NCBI GenBank assembly: GCA_047947115.1
Contig: CP170459.1
Coordinates: 3,616,001 to 3,680,000, forward strand
Source: Verrucomicrobiota bacterium
GTDB taxonomy: Bacteria; Verrucomicrobiota; Verrucomicrobiia; Limisphaerales; AAA164-E04
Length of the DNA: 64,000 nt
Reading direction: 5' to 3'
In this document: one piece after another, positions 32,101 to 41,086 of the stretch
How positions within the stretch are numbered: position 1 is the stretch's first letter
Layout: every line of letters begins with the position of its first letter
Translations under genes and position numbers: made by a program
The notes under the pieces: generated by a model
What the model was told of the DNA's origin: nothing
The model's database searches: none
What the model saw: the letters and a program-made list of their open reading frames with translations, nothing else

Positions 32101-33152
32101 ACCGGTTTGATTTGAAGGTGCCAGAACACGAATGGGATCTCGGGGGATTGCCTGATCACTTGAGGCCTCGCCTTAATATTGTGAGTCGAAAAGGCAAAAC
32201 CGTTTATCAGGGGAAACAACTTCAGCAGAGCGAGAAAGCAGTCCTGGACCATCGGAAAGAATTGCAACTGGAAACATGGGAGGATGCTTGTCGAAAATGG
32301 GAGCGCCACGATATCCACGGCTGGTCCTCGGGAGATATGCCTGAGCGGGTTTTGGTGGGGCGACAGGGCGATCAGCCTTTGTACGCATACCCCGGGCTGT
32401 TGTCGCGGGATGGAATGATTTCGGTTCGTCTGTTTTCCTCCAGAGCGGATGCGGAAACGGCCACTCGACTGGGGTGGGTGGCTCTTTGTGAGAAGGATTT
32501 TGATCGGGAATTAGGGTGGTGGCGACGTGACTTGGCTCAGTCAAAACCTCTTGAACCTGCACGCACGTATCATGTGGCAATGGGGAGTTCGGAGTGTTTT
32601 GCGCAGGATGCTTATGCATGCCTTCTGGGATACTTGTTTGAGACAGACAACTATCTGCCACTCACCAGTGCCCGATACGAATCGGTTCTGAGTCAAGCGC
32701 GAGCCCGGATCATGGGGCTTTGGGCTGAAGCAGTGGATTTGTTGAACCTGACGATGGAATCTTGGCATGCGTTGGCCGTGCATTCCGATCCCTACCCGGG
32801 AATGAAGGGGGATTTGGCTTCATTGTTTCCTGCCAGATGGCTTGCACATGTTCCGTATGTGAAATTGCGGCATTATCCGAGGTACCTAAAAGGAATGCTG
32901 GTTCGGTGTGAGCGAGCAAAGTCTAACGCGGTCAAGGACCGGGAAAAAACAGCACGATTGGCACCCTGGTTGAAGCGTTTGAACGAAGTGTATGGCCGTC
33001 TTGGGGTGGGCGATCAGCGGTGGAAGGATTGGGCGCAGCTGAGATGGATGTTGGAAGAGTACAAGGTGTCACTCTTTGCTCAGGAATTGGGCACTGCCGA
33101 GCCTGTTTCCGAGAAGCGGATGGCGGCTATTTTGGAAAAGTTGGAGGGATGA
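29172..33152 (+). CDS. hrpA: ATP-dependent RNA helicase HrpA
   Basis: GETGSGKST, TQPRR, DEAH, SAT, TNIAETSLT, QRKGRCGR, C-terminal WMLEEYKVSLFAQELGT. Confidence 0.95.
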   Translation: MNKHAHRASDDPLASSLLEQLSECTARDAFKLDAVLHRLLRQGNRGESGRKQLQSIAQRIQRSKEMVQKRRNLLPPVQYPGHLPVSNRVEEIVRAIQEHQVLVLSGETGSGKSTQIPKMCLSAGRGLRGKIGCTQPRRVAAQSLSKRVAEELNVPLGREVGCKIRFQDESSPQSYIKFMTDGILLSELQNDPSLSDYDTLIIDEAHERSLNIDFILGHLRGLLESRPDLKLIITSATIDTRTFSEAFQNAPIIEVSGKLYPVEVLYRPMDEAMVEQGNLSYVDAAVDTVLEILGDNHRGDVLVFMPSERDIRETVDALGKHISGSVELMPLFGRLASGDQQKVFQSASKQRVIVATNIAETSLTLPGIRFVVDTGLARVSRYSPGTHTRRLPIEPIAQSNANQRKGRCGRVAEGVCYRLYSEVDFEARPVFLPPEIQRCNLAEVILKMKAFHLGDMETFPFIQPPKPSAIKAGMQLLKELGALDVRNELTSLGSKLARLPLDPTIGRMILEAEKEGVVEEIVIIASGLSIQDPRERPMDAAEHADRAHRQFLHPKSDFLTLLNLWNAFHDEWERLKTQNQLRKFCRAHFLNYMRMREWRDIYRQIHSVLGDIRIRISPSFGEGNKAEDQRWYAAIHRSILSGLLSQSARRKDRNQYAGVSGRSLSLFPGSVLFERQDPKEAKVGKKKTKRKGGSEWIVSAEVVETSRTYARTNAAIQADWIVKLGAHLCLYSHLNPRWDRSSGRAVCTEVIRMGGVEIMARQVDFAQSNPDAAREIMIYEGLIRERHETQLTFLAENDRVLQSVEERLTRIRHGAFMNLEDLLFEFYHQRLPRDVSSISGLQHHLRRHPEIADGLRMKAEDLLKDRVSGSDLSDYPNALQWGDHEIKVEYAYAPGETHDGITLILSPEAAASLQDFYLPWLIPGNRESVIQYLFKSLPKSKRRAIMPVQDRARAASVAVGSCGCHEYLTFLSDWLEDRFDLKVPEHEWDLGGLPDHLRPRLNIVSRKGKTVYQGKQLQQSEKAVLDHRKELQLETWEDACRKWERHDIHGWSSGDMPERVLVGRQGDQPLYAYPGLLSRDGMISVRLFSSRADAETATRLGWVALCEKDFDRELGWWRRDLAQSKPLEPARTYHVAMGSSECFAQDAYACLLGYLFETDNYLPLTSARYESVLSQARARIMGLWAEAVDLLNLTMESWHALAVHSDPYPGMKGDLASLFPARWLAHVPYVKLRHYPRYLKGMLVRCERAKSNAVKDREKTARLAPWLKRLNEVYGRLGVGDQRWKDWAQLRWMLEEYKVSLFAQELGTAEPVSEKRMAAILEKLEG

Positions 33153-33157
33153 AAATC

Positions 33158-33186
33158 ACTCCGCAGATGCAAAACATCTGCGGAGT
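33158..33186 (+). terminator. rho-independent terminator after hrpA
   Basis: Stem actccgcagatg-caaaa-catctgcggagt followed by T-rich sequence. Confidence 0.75.
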
Positions 33187-33258
33187 TTGTCTTACGATTA
33201 TATTTTAAGACTCGGGTCATCTAGTTGGTTGAGCCGAGTGGGGGGAAGCATTCAGTGA

Positions 33259-33936
33259 CTACTTCTTCTTTTTAGCGGCTTTCTTTTTGGCTGGAGCCTT
33301 CTTGGCTGCCTTTTTAGCAGGCGCTTTTTTGGCGACTTTTTTTACTGCTGCTTCTTTCTTCGCAGGAGCTTTTTTAACCGCTTTTTTGGCAGGTGCCTTT
33401 TTCGCGACCTTCTTCGCAGCTTTCTTTTTGGCGGGTGCTTTTTTGACTGCTGCCTTCTTGTTCGCCGCTTTCTTTACGACTTTTTTCTTGGCGGGTGCTT
33501 TTTTAGCCACTTTTTTTGCAACCTTCTTGGCGGGTGCTTTCTTGGCTACTTTCTTAACAGCCTTCTTCTTGGCGGGTGCTTTTTTGACAGCGGCTTTCTT
33601 GGCCGGTGCTGCCTTTTTCACCGCTTTCTTTTTAGCTGGCGCCTTCTTGGCGGCTTTCTTTTTGGTTTTCTTCATTGTTTGTTCTTTGGGTGTGTCTTTT
33701 TTGTTGGGGGGAGCCGTTTTTTCATGGATGATTTCACGCATGATATCGATTCTGCCGTCGACTTCCTTGCGTGCTCGTCCAATAGCAGATTGAGCCTTGT
33801 TGATGGTGTCGCTGAGGACATGACACCCGTCCCGCAGCCGTTTGGTGAGAGAGGCATCTTCTTTTAGCTCAATACCGCGGTCTTTTAAGAACAAATCCAA
33901 ATGACGAAAGAGATCGTCTCGCTTTATTTGTTTCAT
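33259..33936 (-). CDS. protein with unknown helical N-domain and histone H1-like Lys/Ala repeat tail
   Basis: About 85 aa N-terminal domain followed by a K/A/V/P tail with 10 APAKK motifs. Confidence 0.85.
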   Translation of the reverse strand: MKQIKRDDLFRHLDLFLKDRGIELKEDASLTKRLRDGCHVLSDTINKAQSAIGRARKEVDGRIDIMREIIHEKTAPPNKKDTPKEQTMKKTKKKAAKKAPAKKKAVKKAAPAKKAAVKKAPAKKKAVKKVAKKAPAKKVAKKVAKKAPAKKKVVKKAANKKAAVKKAPAKKKAAKKVAKKAPAKKAVKKAPAKKEAAVKKVAKKAPAKKAAKKAPAKKKAAKKKK

Positions 33937-34025
33937 GATTGAATTGTAAAACGATCGTTTGCGTAATGTAACACAATTTGATGAAAATCCCAAATTGTTT
34001 TTATCCTATTGCTTGACGCCGTGTT

Positions 34026-35750
34026 TCATTGGGTGTTCGACGTCGCTTTCCATGGCCACGGCTTGACGAACGCACGATGCGCCCATGCATTCCATTTCGC
34101 TTCCAGTTCCTCAATCTTCTTCGGGTGCTCGCCGGCCAGGTCGTTCATTTCTGAACGATCCGTCGCCAAATCATATAGCTCCCAAGGACTCGATTCTCCG
34201 TTTTTCATGCTGCCTTTTCGTACCAGTTTCCAATTATCCACCCGAACGGCACAGTTGGCTTCATGTTCCCAATAGATCGCTTCGCGTTCAATGGGTTGAT
34301 TGTCGAAGGCCGGCTGCAGTGAACGACCTTCCGGTGGGTGGATGGGATCATGCCTGAATGTGACGGGGTAGCTTGCGTTTGAAACATCCAGGCAAGTTGC
34401 CATGATGTCGATCAAATGTCCGGGTTGATGCCGTAGTTCGCCTGCGGACCTGATTCGGTCCGGCCAGTGAACGATCAGCGGGGTCGATATGCCTCCTTCA
34501 TGCACCCAATGCTTGTATTCCTTGAAGGGGGTGTTGGAAACATTGGCCCAGTTGCGTCCGTATGCAATGTAAGTGTCTTCAGGTCCGGGCATGACTCCGG
34601 GGCCTCCTTGAACCGGCCGTCCGTCTCTGGTTTTCATCGGGGGCCAGAGTGTGGGTTGAAGTTCGTCCCGGTCCATGGGTGTTCGGTCTTTGATCGCTGA
34701 AACCCACTGATCATTGATGTTTTCACCACGACCAAATCCTTCCGCACACCCGCCGTTGTCTTGCAGAAACAGGATGAGTGTGTTGTCCAGCATCTCTTGT
34801 GCCTTCAGCGATGTGATGATTTTTCCAATGCCCTGATCCATGCGGTCCACCATGGCCGCATAAACTTCCATGCATTTGATTTCCCATTCCTTGTGCGAAG
34901 TGTTGTTCCAGTAACCTGCGGCGGGGCTCAGAACGGTTTCCCGGGGGATCAGTCCCATTTGCTTCATGCGTTCATAGCGGCGTAAGCGGATGAAATCATA
35001 CCCTTTGTCGTATTCTCCCTCGTACTTCCGGATGTCTTCCGGCAATGCCTGCATCGGCCAATGTGCCGCCGTGTAGGATACATACATGAAGAAGGGATCA
35101 CCTTTTCTTTCCAGGTTATGTTGATTTAGAAATTGCAGGGCATTGTCGGTGATGGCGTCGGTATAATAAAAGGTCTCGGGTTGATATTCCGGATCGTTGT
35201 CCGGAGTAATGAAAGTGTTTTGACGGCAGAGTGTGTGCGGGTCGAAGAAGCTGCCCGCTCCGATGATGGTTCCGTAGAATTTTTCAAAGCCGCGCTGCAA
35301 AGGCCAGTTGTCCTTCGGTCCTTCGGGGTGTGTATGGGTGGTGACATGCCACTTGCCACTCATGTAAGTGCGGTAACCCGACATGCCCAAGGCTTCGGCG
35401 ATCGTTACGCAATGATTGTTCAATCCGTTCTGATAACCAGGTAATCCGCGGTCGCCAAGCATGTGTCCGACGCCTGTTTGATGCGCATACAAGCCTGTTA
35501 ACAGGGAAGCACGCGTCGGACAACAGCGCGCGCCATTGTAAAATTGCGTGAAGCGAAGTCCGTTGGCCGCGAGTCGATCGAGGTTGGGAGTGTCGATCTC
35601 ACCGCCATAACACCCAATGTCTGAAAACCCCATGTCGTCCGACATGATCAGCAGAATGTTCGGTCGTTCGGCCGCTTGTGAAATGACCGCCAGTGACAGA
35701 AACGTCATGGTGCACCACCTCAAGAAACGAATGTTGGCTTTGCTTCTCAT
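34026..35750 (-). CDS. arylsulfatase (formylglycine-dependent, S1 family)
   Basis: RPNILLIMSDD, CCPTRASLLTG, GKWH, DNG. Start uncertain. Confidence 0.95.
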   Translation of the reverse strand: MRSKANIRFLRWCTMTFLSLAVISQAAERPNILLIMSDDMGFSDIGCYGGEIDTPNLDRLAANGLRFTQFYNGARCCPTRASLLTGLYAHQTGVGHMLGDRGLPGYQNGLNNHCVTIAEALGMSGYRTYMSGKWHVTTHTHPEGPKDNWPLQRGFEKFYGTIIGAGSFFDPHTLCRQNTFITPDNDPEYQPETFYYTDAITDNALQFLNQHNLERKGDPFFMYVSYTAAHWPMQALPEDIRKYEGEYDKGYDFIRLRRYERMKQMGLIPRETVLSPAAGYWNNTSHKEWEIKCMEVYAAMVDRMDQGIGKIITSLKAQEMLDNTLILFLQDNGGCAEGFGRGENINDQWVSAIKDRTPMDRDELQPTLWPPMKTRDGRPVQGGPGVMPGPEDTYIAYGRNWANVSNTPFKEYKHWVHEGGISTPLIVHWPDRIRSAGELRHQPGHLIDIMATCLDVSNASYPVTFRHDPIHPPEGRSLQPAFDNQPIEREAIYWEHEANCAVRVDNWKLVRKGSMKNGESSPWELYDLATDRSEMNDLAGEHPKKIEELEAKWNAWAHRAFVKPWPWKATSNTQ

Positions 35751-35907
35751 GAATGGAATATGGCGCAGTATGTTCCTTTTCAGGTGTTGCGTAAAGAAAG
35801 AAGTCATGTGATTGCAAATTAGCATTGCAGTTCTCCCTTTCCTGCGGCAAAAGTTCCGACCGCTTTTTGCTGAGCACTTAAATCATTTTTGAATTTGTTA
35901 ACGTCCC

Positions 35908-36573
35908 ATGGCCAAGAATCAATTGACTGAAAAAGAAGTTGTCGAACTGCTCCAATCCGTGTTGTCCAAAACCATGGAGGACTCGCATCTCGCACAAAAG
36001 ATCGTCGACAGTATCCGGAAGGAAATGGAAAGGAAGAAGCAGGCTCAAGCTTTCCAGGAATTTTGTCGCCGATGTCCGTTGCCTGATTTGAAAGATGAAA
36101 CGTTGAAAGAGGTCACCAATCGGTTTGAAGAAACCTTTGGTCGTGACTTGATTGATTTTGTGGTGAATGAAAAGGACGGCACACTGAATGTGGAACTGAA
36201 TGTGCCCAATGGGCCGCTTGTCAGCGCCATTGAGATCAATGACCTTCCTCTTAACGAGGAAGAATTGCCACCTGAGGTGAAGATCAAGTTTGTGCCGTTT
36301 CCTGTGGCATTGCCGGGGGACCCGGAACTGATATGGGTGTTTGCAAAACGTGAAACCATGACCCCGGAGGAAGCTGCCCGCGCGCTGCACGAAGCTCAGG
36401 CGGAATTCTGGGAATCAAAGAGCGGTCAGTTGCAGTTGAGGAAAGGTGCGGATCGCACCTTTCCTGAGTTTGTTCAGCGCGTGCCCGCAAAGTTCCTCTC
36501 CGAGGTGGGTTTGAAACGGCATTATAAAGATCCCGAGCCGCTCAAGGTGCTGCGCAAAGAGCCCAAGCATTGA
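35908..36573 (+). CDS. hypothetical protein
   Basis: 221 aa ORF with protein-like composition filling the gap between minus-strand genes; no family recognised. Confidence 0.75.
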   Translation: MAKNQLTEKEVVELLQSVLSKTMEDSHLAQKIVDSIRKEMERKKQAQAFQEFCRRCPLPDLKDETLKEVTNRFEETFGRDLIDFVVNEKDGTLNVELNVPNGPLVSAIEINDLPLNEEELPPEVKIKFVPFPVALPGDPELIWVFAKRETMTPEEAARALHEAQAEFWESKSGQLQLRKGADRTFPEFVQRVPAKFLSEVGLKRHYKDPEPLKVLRKEPKH

Positions 36574-36581
36574 GCCTTTGA

Positions 36582-38144
36582 TCAGGCTTGTTGCATCCAA
36601 TTCCACAGAGGTTTCAAATCCTCACGTTTGAATTCCGGGTGAACGCCCATACCGAACCCGGCGTGATTGTGGTGCCGATACAGCAGGCACAAATCGTCAT
36701 ACGCGTCGGGGAATGTTTGGCACCACTGCCGGAGTTGATCGTAAGGGGTGTCTCCAGGCTGTGTGGTCAGCTTGTGGTCGTGCACCCAGGCCTGGAAGGC
36801 TTCCATTGTGTAAACAATCAGGCGGTCATCCTTCCAGGCCTGGGATGTTCGGGATGTGAACGGGTTGGGATATTGTTTGAAGGAGACGGTTTTACTTTTG
36901 ATGCTGGAAACGCTTTGTCGACGCTTTTGATGGGGAGATTGCAGGCGTCGCAGCTTCAACCATCGAAGCCACGAAGACCACCATTCTCTGAACAACGCTC
37001 CCAGCATGGTTCTGTTTCGATAAGCGAACCAGCAGATCAAGAGGATCACCGTGGCCCAGAACAGCCATTGCAACCATGAACCTGAGATTCCTGGGGTGGA
37101 GGGTGAAGATGGAGTTGGAGTATTGGCTTCACCGTTCTTTCCGTCCGACGAGGCGCCTTCATTTCCTGGCGCAGGGGGCGAATGGTTTCCGCGCTCACCG
37201 TCCTCACCGGCCAGACTTTCCGCGATTCGGTTTCCCAGAGTCTTGCTTTCCTGACCCTCCATGCCTTCTCCTTTCCCGGAAGGATTCCATTTCATGGCCC
37301 ATTGGCTGGCTTCACCTATCTTTGCATTGATGGACTTCGAAGTGTGGGTCCACTGTTGCGTGGCTCCCGGCCTCGGGGTCAACCAGGCGATTAGGCCCAC
37401 AACCACTATCAGCCATGCTCCGGATGCGAACCACCGGATGCCCATTTGCTGCGGCATCTTCGCGCGCCGTTGTCTCAGGGTGAACCGCAAATTCAAAAAA
37501 CGTGTCGACATCAGCAACATCAAGGCTGCGGTGAGATACAATCCAAGCCAGACCCCCGAGCGGGTGTGAAGCAAGGGGACATCTTGCGGAAGCAGTACTT
37601 TGCCGATCCCGAACAACGGGATGGCACCGATGGAAAAATAAACCACCCACGCCCCGGCACGTCGCTTTTCCTCCGGGTTTTTGGCGGGTTTACTCTCTGG
37701 TTTGGGGGTGAAACCGGGGATTGCTCGTTCGAGGATGCCTCCCAACACTCGCTGGGTAGGGTCCTCTCCAAAAAAATCCTCAGATTTTGCGCAATCCTTG
37801 ACCAGGCGATGAGCGCACCACCAAATAAACGCTAATAAAAAGATCCCCAGCATGAACCCTTCATGTGTGCTCGAAATATAGAGCCAGGTTGCAAAAGCCA
37901 GTGACAAACCATAAATATTCGCGCTAAAAGCGCCTCGTTCAACGCTGATGCGGGCAACAGCCACGATTGCAATGACATACCAAAACATCATCCAGCGAAT
38001 CCCTCCGGCCATCACTCCACTGTAAAACACATCAAGAAGGAAAAAAACCAGGCTGCCCACAAGGATGGCAATGAGTAAAGGGCTCAAGGCGATCGCCAGA
38101 TAATCACCAAAAGTGGGCATTTCTTTGTGCCTTGATGCAGTCAT
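36582..38144 (-). CDS. multi-pass membrane protein (C-terminal DUF4129-like region possible)
   Basis: Several TM helices, Pro/Gly/Ser-rich loop, C-terminal TPYDQL...LY..AGFG pattern. Confidence 0.7.
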   Translation of the reverse strand: MTASRHKEMPTFGDYLAIALSPLLIAILVGSLVFFLLDVFYSGVMAGGIRWMMFWYVIAIVAVARISVERGAFSANIYGLSLAFATWLYISSTHEGFMLGIFLLAFIWWCAHRLVKDCAKSEDFFGEDPTQRVLGGILERAIPGFTPKPESKPAKNPEEKRRAGAWVVYFSIGAIPLFGIGKVLLPQDVPLLHTRSGVWLGLYLTAALMLLMSTRFLNLRFTLRQRRAKMPQQMGIRWFASGAWLIVVVGLIAWLTPRPGATQQWTHTSKSINAKIGEASQWAMKWNPSGKGEGMEGQESKTLGNRIAESLAGEDGERGNHSPPAPGNEGASSDGKNGEANTPTPSSPSTPGISGSWLQWLFWATVILLICWFAYRNRTMLGALFREWWSSWLRWLKLRRLQSPHQKRRQSVSSIKSKTVSFKQYPNPFTSRTSQAWKDDRLIVYTMEAFQAWVHDHKLTTQPGDTPYDQLRQWCQTFPDAYDDLCLLYRHHNHAGFGMGVHPEFKREDLKPLWNWMQQA

Positions 38145-38246
38145 AATCAGGATTTATCTGCAAAAAATGCCATAAACCTCTTGAAATGGAAAGAGAATGT
38201 CTTTAAAAGAGTGTCTTGCGGTGACTAAAAAAGGCAGCGAGGAACA

Positions 38247-38361
38247 AGGCGAGCTGGTAGGATGAACACCCCTGGAGGTCTTTTACACCGCACGACTAAG
38301 ATACACCAAAAGAATTACGTCAACCAGATTGCACGAGTGGTTTCTACCTACCAGCTTGCCT
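38247..38361. repeat. 15-bp inverted repeat enclosing 85 nt (REPIN/MITE-like or structured RNA)
   Basis: aggcgagctggtagg (38247-38261) pairs with cctaccagcttgcct (38347-38361) with a single G-T pair. Confidence 0.6.
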
Positions 38362-38406
38362 GATGTTTCCACCTTATCCCCTGATCCGGCTGACGACCAG
38401 ACAAAG

Positions 38407-38426
38407 TTATTCACAAGTTATTCACA
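38407..38426 (+). promoter_or_regulatory. two tandem DnaA-box-like 9-mers
   Basis: TTATTCACA at 38407-38415 and 38418-38426, both matching TTWTNCACA. Confidence 0.45.
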
Positions 38427-38434
38427 GCTTGTTT

Positions 38435-40111
38435 TTACTTGGTCTGCTCCGAGTTTTCCGCTTCCAATGCCTGATGTAAACACTTGGTCAGATAGGGTAG
38501 AAGCTGCTTCTTACGTGAGACAATGCCCGGTAGCTCGTAGACATCATTGTCGGCAAGGTTGTATTGAATGGCTGCCATCAGTTCTGCATCCGCCGCCACC
38601 AACAAAAGCGAGGTTTGTGTTACCACATCTGTGATCAACAGTGCGGAAAAGTAATAGTGGTTCTGGTGGCGATAATCTTCAATCGCCTTGAAAAGCGTGT
38701 CCTTTTGTTCCCAGAATTGTTCGAATCCAATCTCCTCAATTTGAGCCACACTGAATGTCTTGCCTTCTTCTTCGTATTCCTTGCAGTCGTTTGTAATGGC
38801 TTGCTTGGGTGCACGATGGGTCAGGACGGATCCGGAACTGAATAGGGCGTCAGTGAATTCTGCTGCATTGAGTTCGGTCACTTGTTCCAGATATTTCAGC
38901 ATATTGGAGTCGGTTTTGGTGGCCGTGGGGGATGTCAGGTTCAGGGTGTCGGATATAATGCCTGAAAGCAGCAGTCCTGCAATGGGTTTGGGGATTTCGA
39001 TGCCGGCATTCAGATACATTTCCGATACAATCGTGCTGGTGCTTCCAACGGGGCGATTGACAAATAGAATGGGCTGCTGGGTGGTCAGGGAGCCAATACG
39101 GTGGTGGTCGATGATTTCCAGGATCTCCACCTGGTCCGCTCCTTTCACCGCTTGTGAGAGTTCATTATGATCCACCAGTATCAATTGTCGTTTGACGCGT
39201 TTGACAAAATCAGTTTTCGAAAGGATTCCGACAACCCGCTTGTGTGCATCCAATACTGGGAATGCCTGAAATTGAGAGGATATGGCTACATCGCGGATGG
39301 AGTTAAGGGATTCGTCTTCATTGAAATACAAGAAATGTTCTGTCCGGATGTGCTTTACCGACACTGCCGCCCGACACAGCATGGCCGTGGTCGCCGAGTC
39401 GTGTTCCGATACGAGGATGGACACCCCATTTGCTTCTGCAAGCGCTCGTATCCCCGGGCTGACTTTCAACCCTCCGGTGATGACCATTACTCGAATGCGC
39501 TTCTCTATGGCGTAAAGTTGTATGTCCTCACGGTCTCCGGCAATCAACAGGATTTTACTGGGATCATAACGCTCCAAGCGCTTTTCAAAGGAGTCCACGC
39601 GCATGGCCCCGATCATCAGGACAAGTTCTTCTTCCTTATCAGGTTCCTGAAGTCCCAATGAATCGGCGTGGAGCACTTCCTTCAGGTGGTTCAGGTTTGT
39701 CAAGATGCGTCGTGTGTCCTGAATGCGGCTGTGGCCAGGTAGAAAAAACTTGCTCATCTTGAACACCGAAACCAATCCATGACAGCGTCTGTCCTCATCA
39801 AGGATCGGCAAGGTTCGAATGTTGTGCTGATCCATGATTTCCAGTGCTTCAAACGCGCTGGTGTTCTCGGTCACTTCAATGACCCGATGTTGCATGACGT
39901 CCCGAACCTTGGGACGCACATCCGCCACAAAGCGTGGTGGAGCCACACCGAATTTACGGAGGACAAAGTCGATGCGATCATTGATGTCACCACAGCGGGC
40001 GGCGATGGCGTTCGTGACGCCTGTTTTTCGTTTGAAATCAGCATAGGCAATGGCTGCACAGATGCTGTCCGTGTCCGGATTGCGATGACCGATGACCAGT
40101 ATTTCGCTCAC
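38435..40111 (-). CDS. ppaC: Mn-dependent family II inorganic pyrophosphatase with CBS and DRTGG domains
   Basis: GHRNPDTDSI, CBS pair, GDR/TGG, LVDHNE, IIDHH, SDT, C-terminal SRKKQ. Confidence 0.93.
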   Translation of the reverse strand: MSEILVIGHRNPDTDSICAAIAYADFKRKTGVTNAIAARCGDINDRIDFVLRKFGVAPPRFVADVRPKVRDVMQHRVIEVTENTSAFEALEIMDQHNIRTLPILDEDRRCHGLVSVFKMSKFFLPGHSRIQDTRRILTNLNHLKEVLHADSLGLQEPDKEEELVLMIGAMRVDSFEKRLERYDPSKILLIAGDREDIQLYAIEKRIRVMVITGGLKVSPGIRALAEANGVSILVSEHDSATTAMLCRAAVSVKHIRTEHFLYFNEDESLNSIRDVAISSQFQAFPVLDAHKRVVGILSKTDFVKRVKRQLILVDHNELSQAVKGADQVEILEIIDHHRIGSLTTQQPILFVNRPVGSTSTIVSEMYLNAGIEIPKPIAGLLLSGIISDTLNLTSPTATKTDSNMLKYLEQVTELNAAEFTDALFSSGSVLTHRAPKQAITNDCKEYEEEGKTFSVAQIEEIGFEQFWEQKDTLFKAIEDYRHQNHYYFSALLITDVVTQTSLLLVAADAELMAAIQYNLADNDVYELPGIVSRKKQLLPYLTKCLHQALEAENSEQTK

Positions 40112-40295
40112 TTTCTAAACTTCTAATTAAGGTTAATGGGATATTCCTGACTGGGGCAGCGGCAAGGCTCCCAGGTGAGATAAGTATGATTCGGATGCAA
40201 CGGGGTTGTCGATTTGTTTTGGTGATAATGTTTTTTGAATACAGGGTTTAACATCCATTGCAATCTTTCGTGCATGGATTACTATGCTTGTCAAC

Positions 40296-40853
40296 ATGAG
40301 TCAGGATTCGAAGGAAATCAAATTATCGAGAGATTGTGAAGCGGTTCAAATCCCGTCCGGGCAGAAATCTCTGCTGCCTGCAGGTTTTGAAGTTTACATT
40401 GTCCAGGAACTAGGAGGATCTTTCACTGTTCGAGCCATGAATGGCTTGTTCCGGATTGAAGGCAAACATGCGGATGCACTCGGACGGGAGGTGGATGCTT
40501 CAGGTCCAGATCGTTCTCCGGATGCCATTCAAGTCAAGGGAACCTTCGATGAAAAATATGTCTGGGAAGCCTTGAGAGCTTGTTTTGATCCCGAAATCCC
40601 GGTCAACATTGTGGATTTGGGTTTGATATACGACTTGAAATCAGAGGAAGTGGTTGATGGGATGTTCCGGGTGCAGGTGAAAATGACCCTGACGGCGCCT
40701 GGGTGTGGCATGGGGCAGGTGATTGCCAATGACGCACAGGACAATATTCTCAAAGTGCCTGGAGTGGCGGATGCCATTGTTGAAATCGTTTGGGACCCGC
40801 CCTGGCACCAATCCATGATTACTCCGGAGGGGCGCAAGGTTTTGGGGCTTTAG
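40296..40853 (+). CDS. sufT: putative Fe-S cluster assembly protein SufT (DUF59)
   Basis: RDCEAVQIPSG, QELGGSFTV, DPEIPVNIVDLGLIY, MTLTAPGCGMG, VWDPPW. Confidence 0.92.
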   Translation: MSQDSKEIKLSRDCEAVQIPSGQKSLLPAGFEVYIVQELGGSFTVRAMNGLFRIEGKHADALGREVDASGPDRSPDAIQVKGTFDEKYVWEALRACFDPEIPVNIVDLGLIYDLKSEEVVDGMFRVQVKMTLTAPGCGMGQVIANDAQDNILKVPGVADAIVEIVWDPPWHQSMITPEGRKVLGL

Positions 40854-41086
40854 TTTGGAAAAAACTTTTCAAGGGAACCTGGCACCGGTAGGTTTCACGT
40901 TGCTAGGCTTAGAGCGCGTTCGTGTGAGGGGCCTTAGGAAGGCTTTCCCCGCGTTTATGGAGAGGCCGTTCCTTTCAATCACCCCGGAAAGGGGGCGGTT
41001 GGGAGGTGTCTTTGGATCGCCCCGTGAGCAGGATTCGATTCCGCTTTGTTCCTAGAAGAAAATCCTTATTTGAAAAACGAGAATAC

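Noticed and set aside
33287..33793. 168-aa hydrophobic ORF (MAGAFLAAF...) on the plus strand
   Set aside because: Antisense shadow of the Lys/Ala repeat tail; a well-known artefact.
41030..41045. tRNA T-loop-like ggattcgattcc
   Set aside because: No cloverleaf, acceptor stem or CCA could be built around it.
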